DNA of 61,374 nt, filler included. It is 6 parts of 6 records of this genome, joined end to end, with 100 filler letters (N's around TTAATTAATTAA, not from the genome) between each part and the next. Parts side by side here need not be neighbours in the genome. Positions count along the whole stretch, not along the records: positions 56,342 to 61,374 come from SRR31156797_22598; 5 more parts are not named here. One strand, given 5' to 3'. Under the pieces are notes generated by a model. That model was given only the letters and a program-made list of their open reading frames with translations. It made no database searches and was not told the origin of the DNA. The position numbers and the translations under genes are program-made. This document shows positions 57,871-61,374 of the stretch, one piece after another (the stretch's first letter is position 1; each line of letters starts with the position of its first letter).

Positions 57871-59892
57871 CTAGTTCTGCAGTGGTTCGGTTGTCGGGGG
57901 AGCCGGGTCAGACGATTGGGCCGGAGCCGTGGTCGGAGGTTCCAGCTTGATATAGGTCATGACGTTCTCTGTCATCCAAAGGTCGCCTTTGACCGTTGTT
58001 ACCGTTGCTGACGAGGACAGGAAATTTACCTGTGCAATGACAGGTCCCAGGCGGGAAGCCAGAAGCAGCAGGGATTTCGCTTTTCGTTCTTCCGGGGAAT
58101 TTCCCGGGAACATCTGTGCGCTGAAGTTGAGCATAGTCAAAGCACCAGCGACCTGCTGAGCCCAAAGCTGAAGATCCGTGAATGATGCTGCAGCAACGGG
58201 TCCCTTTGTGACGAACCCTTCTTTCTGGAATCGAGGGTTATCCATGATTGTCTTTGCACCCGGTTTGCCAGCCGCGATGCATTTTTCGATGGCAGGTGCA
58301 GATGTTCCGACGACCAGCCAGTCTTCGTATACTCCCCAGTGGATAGTAATAAACATGGCCATTGGGTGAGTATGCCGCAAAACAAAGAACTGATTCGATC
58401 CAGCAATTTCGACCGGTGCCAGAACGATCGGATCCTGTTCGGCTTCTGCCAGGAAGGTGTTGATCCAGGCAAAGAGGGCTTTGCATTTCTCCACAGCTTT
58501 TGCACTGTCCTTGATCTTGATCATCAATACGGAGTCGTCGCCTCCGAAAGGACTCGGGACCACCGGTTTCATCGTCACGGAAATGGTTTCACCACTGATC
58601 CATGAGAAAATATCTTCTTCCGGATTCAGGCCGATGCTTGTGCACGTGGTTTCCCACCAGCCCAGAACCCCCTTTGTGAGTTCGCCGCCTTCCTTGAGGA
58701 AATCCATCATCCCGGTATAGATCCCGGACGGATCCAGGGATGCCGAGACGGAGAAACCGGTCGCCTCCTGAGGAATAAATCGATCGAATCGATCCAGGGT
58801 ACGCGTATTGCTTATGATTTTTCCGAAGAGTTTATCCTTCGCGTCTGATTTCATCCTGCAGACCGTCGAGCATTTCTGCTGCATGCCTTCGATTCTCGAC
58901 GTCGTAATGACATAATCGATAATGTCCGTTTCCTTGAGGATGTTGGCAATTAAGCCCTGAACGCATGCAACTTCTTCCCTTGCCTGGACATCGTTCGCCA
59001 GCACGACCTGCTGATTGCACATTGCCAGTGACGCTTTTGATCCTACCGTTGACCCAATCGTTGCAGTTGGCTGCGGCTTCGAAGGACAAGCGGGACCGGT
59101 ACTACCCGATGGAGGAGCGATCAGATTCGGCAGGGAGCAGATCGACTCCATCATCATGCTGATGTCAATCCAGCTCACCTGGATTTCAGGAGGTGTAATT
59201 TCCTTCAGAGCCTTCTGAAAGCGGGGTTCATCCAGAATCGATTTTCGGGGTTCATGCCTGACCAGCGCAAGCGAATCGCGGAGAATCCCACAACCCATCG
59301 CTATTCCGACAATGTCCCCTTTGCTGAAAACGTGGAACGTTATCGGGGAATTGACAATATAGACCGAGGCAACTTCACTACCACAGTCAGACTTTTCTTC
59401 GGAGAAAGTGACGTCATCACCGAGCTCCGCAAAAGAAGCGAGAATCGCCTTCAGTCCCGCGAGATTATGCGTGCGTGCCTCTTTGTCCGGCATGCGGGAG
59501 AGCAGGAGAAACTCAGGCATCGGAACGCCTTTGGCAAAGCGTTCGGCAAACACAAATTCCGTCCCAACCAGGTCACCCCAGTTGACTCCAGATAAGAGTG
59601 AAGCCGACGTGTTCCAGAAGTTCTGAAATTCCTGACGGTCTTTCTGCTGACGAATGTCAGACAGTATCAGATTTTTCAGATCGTCACTGATGCCACTATT
59701 GGCCAGCGCTGTGAACACTCTTCCCCAGCATTCGTTGAAGTAGTCATTCTCGGGGGTATCGATCGAGTGGACATAAAGCCAGCAATCATTCGGTACGCAT
59801 CGGCCCAGTGTAAACTTTTCAGGTAACGTCGATGCACTGACCGGCAAAGCAAAAAGCAGTATTCCAATGTAGATGCGATTATGACGGAACAT
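57871..59892 (-). CDS. Large exported hypothetical protein
   Basis: Signal peptide (LPVSA-ST); 673 aa with two loosely similar halves; no family confidently recognised. Confidence 0.75.
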   Translation of the reverse strand: MFRHNRIYIGILLFALPVSASTLPEKFTLGRCVPNDCWLYVHSIDTPENDYFNECWGRVFTALANSGISDDLKNLILSDIRQQKDRQEFQNFWNTSASLLSGVNWGDLVGTEFVFAERFAKGVPMPEFLLLSRMPDKEARTHNLAGLKAILASFAELGDDVTFSEEKSDCGSEVASVYIVNSPITFHVFSKGDIVGIAMGCGILRDSLALVRHEPRKSILDEPRFQKALKEITPPEIQVSWIDISMMMESICSLPNLIAPPSGSTGPACPSKPQPTATIGSTVGSKASLAMCNQQVVLANDVQAREEVACVQGLIANILKETDIIDYVITTSRIEGMQQKCSTVCRMKSDAKDKLFGKIISNTRTLDRFDRFIPQEATGFSVSASLDPSGIYTGMMDFLKEGGELTKGVLGWWETTCTSIGLNPEEDIFSWISGETISVTMKPVVPSPFGGDDSVLMIKIKDSAKAVEKCKALFAWINTFLAEAEQDPIVLAPVEIAGSNQFFVLRHTHPMAMFITIHWGVYEDWLVVGTSAPAIEKCIAAGKPGAKTIMDNPRFQKEGFVTKGPVAAASFTDLQLWAQQVAGALTMLNFSAQMFPGNSPEERKAKSLLLLASRLGPVIAQVNFLSSSATVTTVKGDLWMTENVMTYIKLEPPTTAPAQSSDPAPPTTEPLQN

Positions 59893-60079
59893 CTTTGATT
59901 TCCTGTTCTCAACAGACTTTGCATCAGAAAGGACCTGTTCGGAGGTCCAAGTGTTTCACCTTTTGACCATCCCTGACTTGATAAATAATACTTGTATCTT
60001 CGGCAAGAGACCAGATTGGGTCTGTCGTCTTTTGTTTGATCTTGTATGCATGCTCCATATTGGGCTGTTCGCGGGGTTT

Positions 60080-61309
60080 TTACATCGACCACATGCCGGC
60101 AATCTTCACATTACACTTGGGGCATTTACCCTCCTTTATGGAGTTTGACAGCACCTTGAAGCCTGCCCGGTGGATGAGTTTTTCACCACAGGACGGACAC
60201 GACGTGTTTTCACCCGGATGTCCTGGGATATTTCCGCCATACACATATTGAAGTCCAGACTCCAACGCGATTTTTCTGCAGGTCTCGATGGTTCTGATTG
60301 GTGTTCTTGGAAGGTTCGTCAGTTTGTACGTGGGGTGGAATCGCGTGAAATGAATGGGAATGTCTTTTCCCAGATTTTTCAGTACCCATTTGCTCATGTC
60401 CCGGATTTGTTTTTCCGAATCGTTCAGGGTTGGGATCACCAGTGTGACAAGCTCGAGCCAGACCCCCTCAGCGCGGATCGTCTCCAATGTTTTGAGGACC
60501 GGCTTTAATTGCCCATCGCATCTCTTGCTGTAGAACTCTTCCGAGTACCCTTTGAAGTCCACCTTGATTGCTTTCATCTGTTTGCAGAGTTCGCGGAGAG
60601 GTTCTTTGTTGATGTAGCCATTGGAAATCATAAGGGGATAGATTCCCTCTTTTCTGGCGGTTTCAGCGGAATCCAGCATGAATTCGAATGAGACAATCGG
60701 TTCAGAGTACGTATACGCGATTGAATCACATTTTGTCCGTTTTGCCATTCGCACCAGCTTGTCGATGGAGACTGCCTGACTTCGAACACCCTCTGGTCCT
60801 GCCTGGCTGATCTGCCAGTTCTGGCAAAAGGAACAGGTGATATTGCATCCTGCTGCTGCAATTGAAAACGCCTTCGTCCCCGGAAGCACATGGAACAACG
60901 GTTTCTTTTCGATCGGGTCCGGATTTGCAGAGCAGAGAGCACCGTACACCAATGTGTCGTATGTTCCGTTGCGATTTTCCCTGACGCGGCATCTGCCTCT
61001 CTGCCCATCGATTACCTTGCATGACCTGGGGCAAAGTGAGCACTGCACTACCCGGTCGTCCAGTTTTTTCCAGTACCGGGCTTCTCTTCGGATGACTGTT
61101 CCCGTCTTCACTGGGTCTGCCAGGGCATGTCGAGCAAGAACGCAACCTGCCCCACATGCCGCAGCCCAACGCATCAGTTCTCTCCGGGAAGGTTTTGCAT
61201 CGGAACAGAAATTATGGGGATTTTCAGAGGAGGAGTCCTGAGTTCTGCAGGAACCTTGTTCAGACTGAGCACTTCGAAGGGCCATCTTCCGGTTTCCTGG
61301 TTTCTTCAA
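60080..61309 (-). CDS. AmmeMemoRadiSam system radical SAM enzyme
   Basis: CSLCPRSC..CRVR, DPIEKKPLFH, GCNITCSFCQNWQISQ (CxxxCxxC), AYTYSEP, HFTRFHP, terminal CPSC..CPKC. Start codon uncertain. Confidence 0.92.
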   Translation of the reverse strand: MKKPGNRKMALRSAQSEQGSCRTQDSSSENPHNFCSDAKPSRRELMRWAAACGAGCVLARHALADPVKTGTVIRREARYWKKLDDRVVQCSLCPRSCKVIDGQRGRCRVRENRNGTYDTLVYGALCSANPDPIEKKPLFHVLPGTKAFSIAAAGCNITCSFCQNWQISQAGPEGVRSQAVSIDKLVRMAKRTKCDSIAYTYSEPIVSFEFMLDSAETARKEGIYPLMISNGYINKEPLRELCKQMKAIKVDFKGYSEEFYSKRCDGQLKPVLKTLETIRAEGVWLELVTLVIPTLNDSEKQIRDMSKWVLKNLGKDIPIHFTRFHPTYKLTNLPRTPIRTIETCRKIALESGLQYVYGGNIPGHPGENTSCPSCGEKLIHRAGFKVLSNSIKEGKCPKCNVKIAGMWSM

Positions 61310-61374
61310 CCAATGCTTTTTGATTCAGGAGGGCTAACGCTGCCCCCATGAAAAGGATCGGCATCAATGGCAGA

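Overview
The window is not one genome. It is six unrelated contigs joined by 100-nt spacers (N44-TTAATTAATTAA-N44). (1) 1-12381, Bacteroidota-like: a polysaccharide utilisation locus (ECF sigma, FecR, SusC, SusD, GH172/DUF2961, L-fucose/D-arabinose isomerase), an integrase scar, a nitroreductase, and a ~510-nt highly structured transcription unit with its own promoter and terminator, a predicted kissing loop and no credible ORF (candidate large ncRNA). (2) 12482-28090, Vibrio: superintegron cassettes (a HEPN-motif protein and YefM-YoeB). A P4-type-integrase mobilisable island follows, whose left edge cuts an attC site. It carries a translationally coupled NACHT/STAND ATPase + RelA/SpoT-domain pair (the best candidate for an undescribed anti-phage system), an IS1111 remnant, LexA-controlled umuDC, a MOBV-like relaxase and a KfrA-like gene with 9-bp repeats. 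(3) 28191-41344, Vibrio chromosome: arsR-gapdh-phosphatase-arsJ, trmA, cobalamin riboswitch-btuB, murI and rRNA operon promoters. (4) 41445-49972, GC-rich, probably Desulfobacterales-like: FGE-domain protein, M24 peptidase, xerD, pfaD-pfaA. (5) 50073-56241: phage tail module. (6) 56342-61374, possibly Planctomycetota-like: hutI, a large hypothetical protein and a Tat-leader AmmeMemoRadiSam radical SAM enzyme. All family and taxon calls come from motif recognition by eye; no database searches were run.
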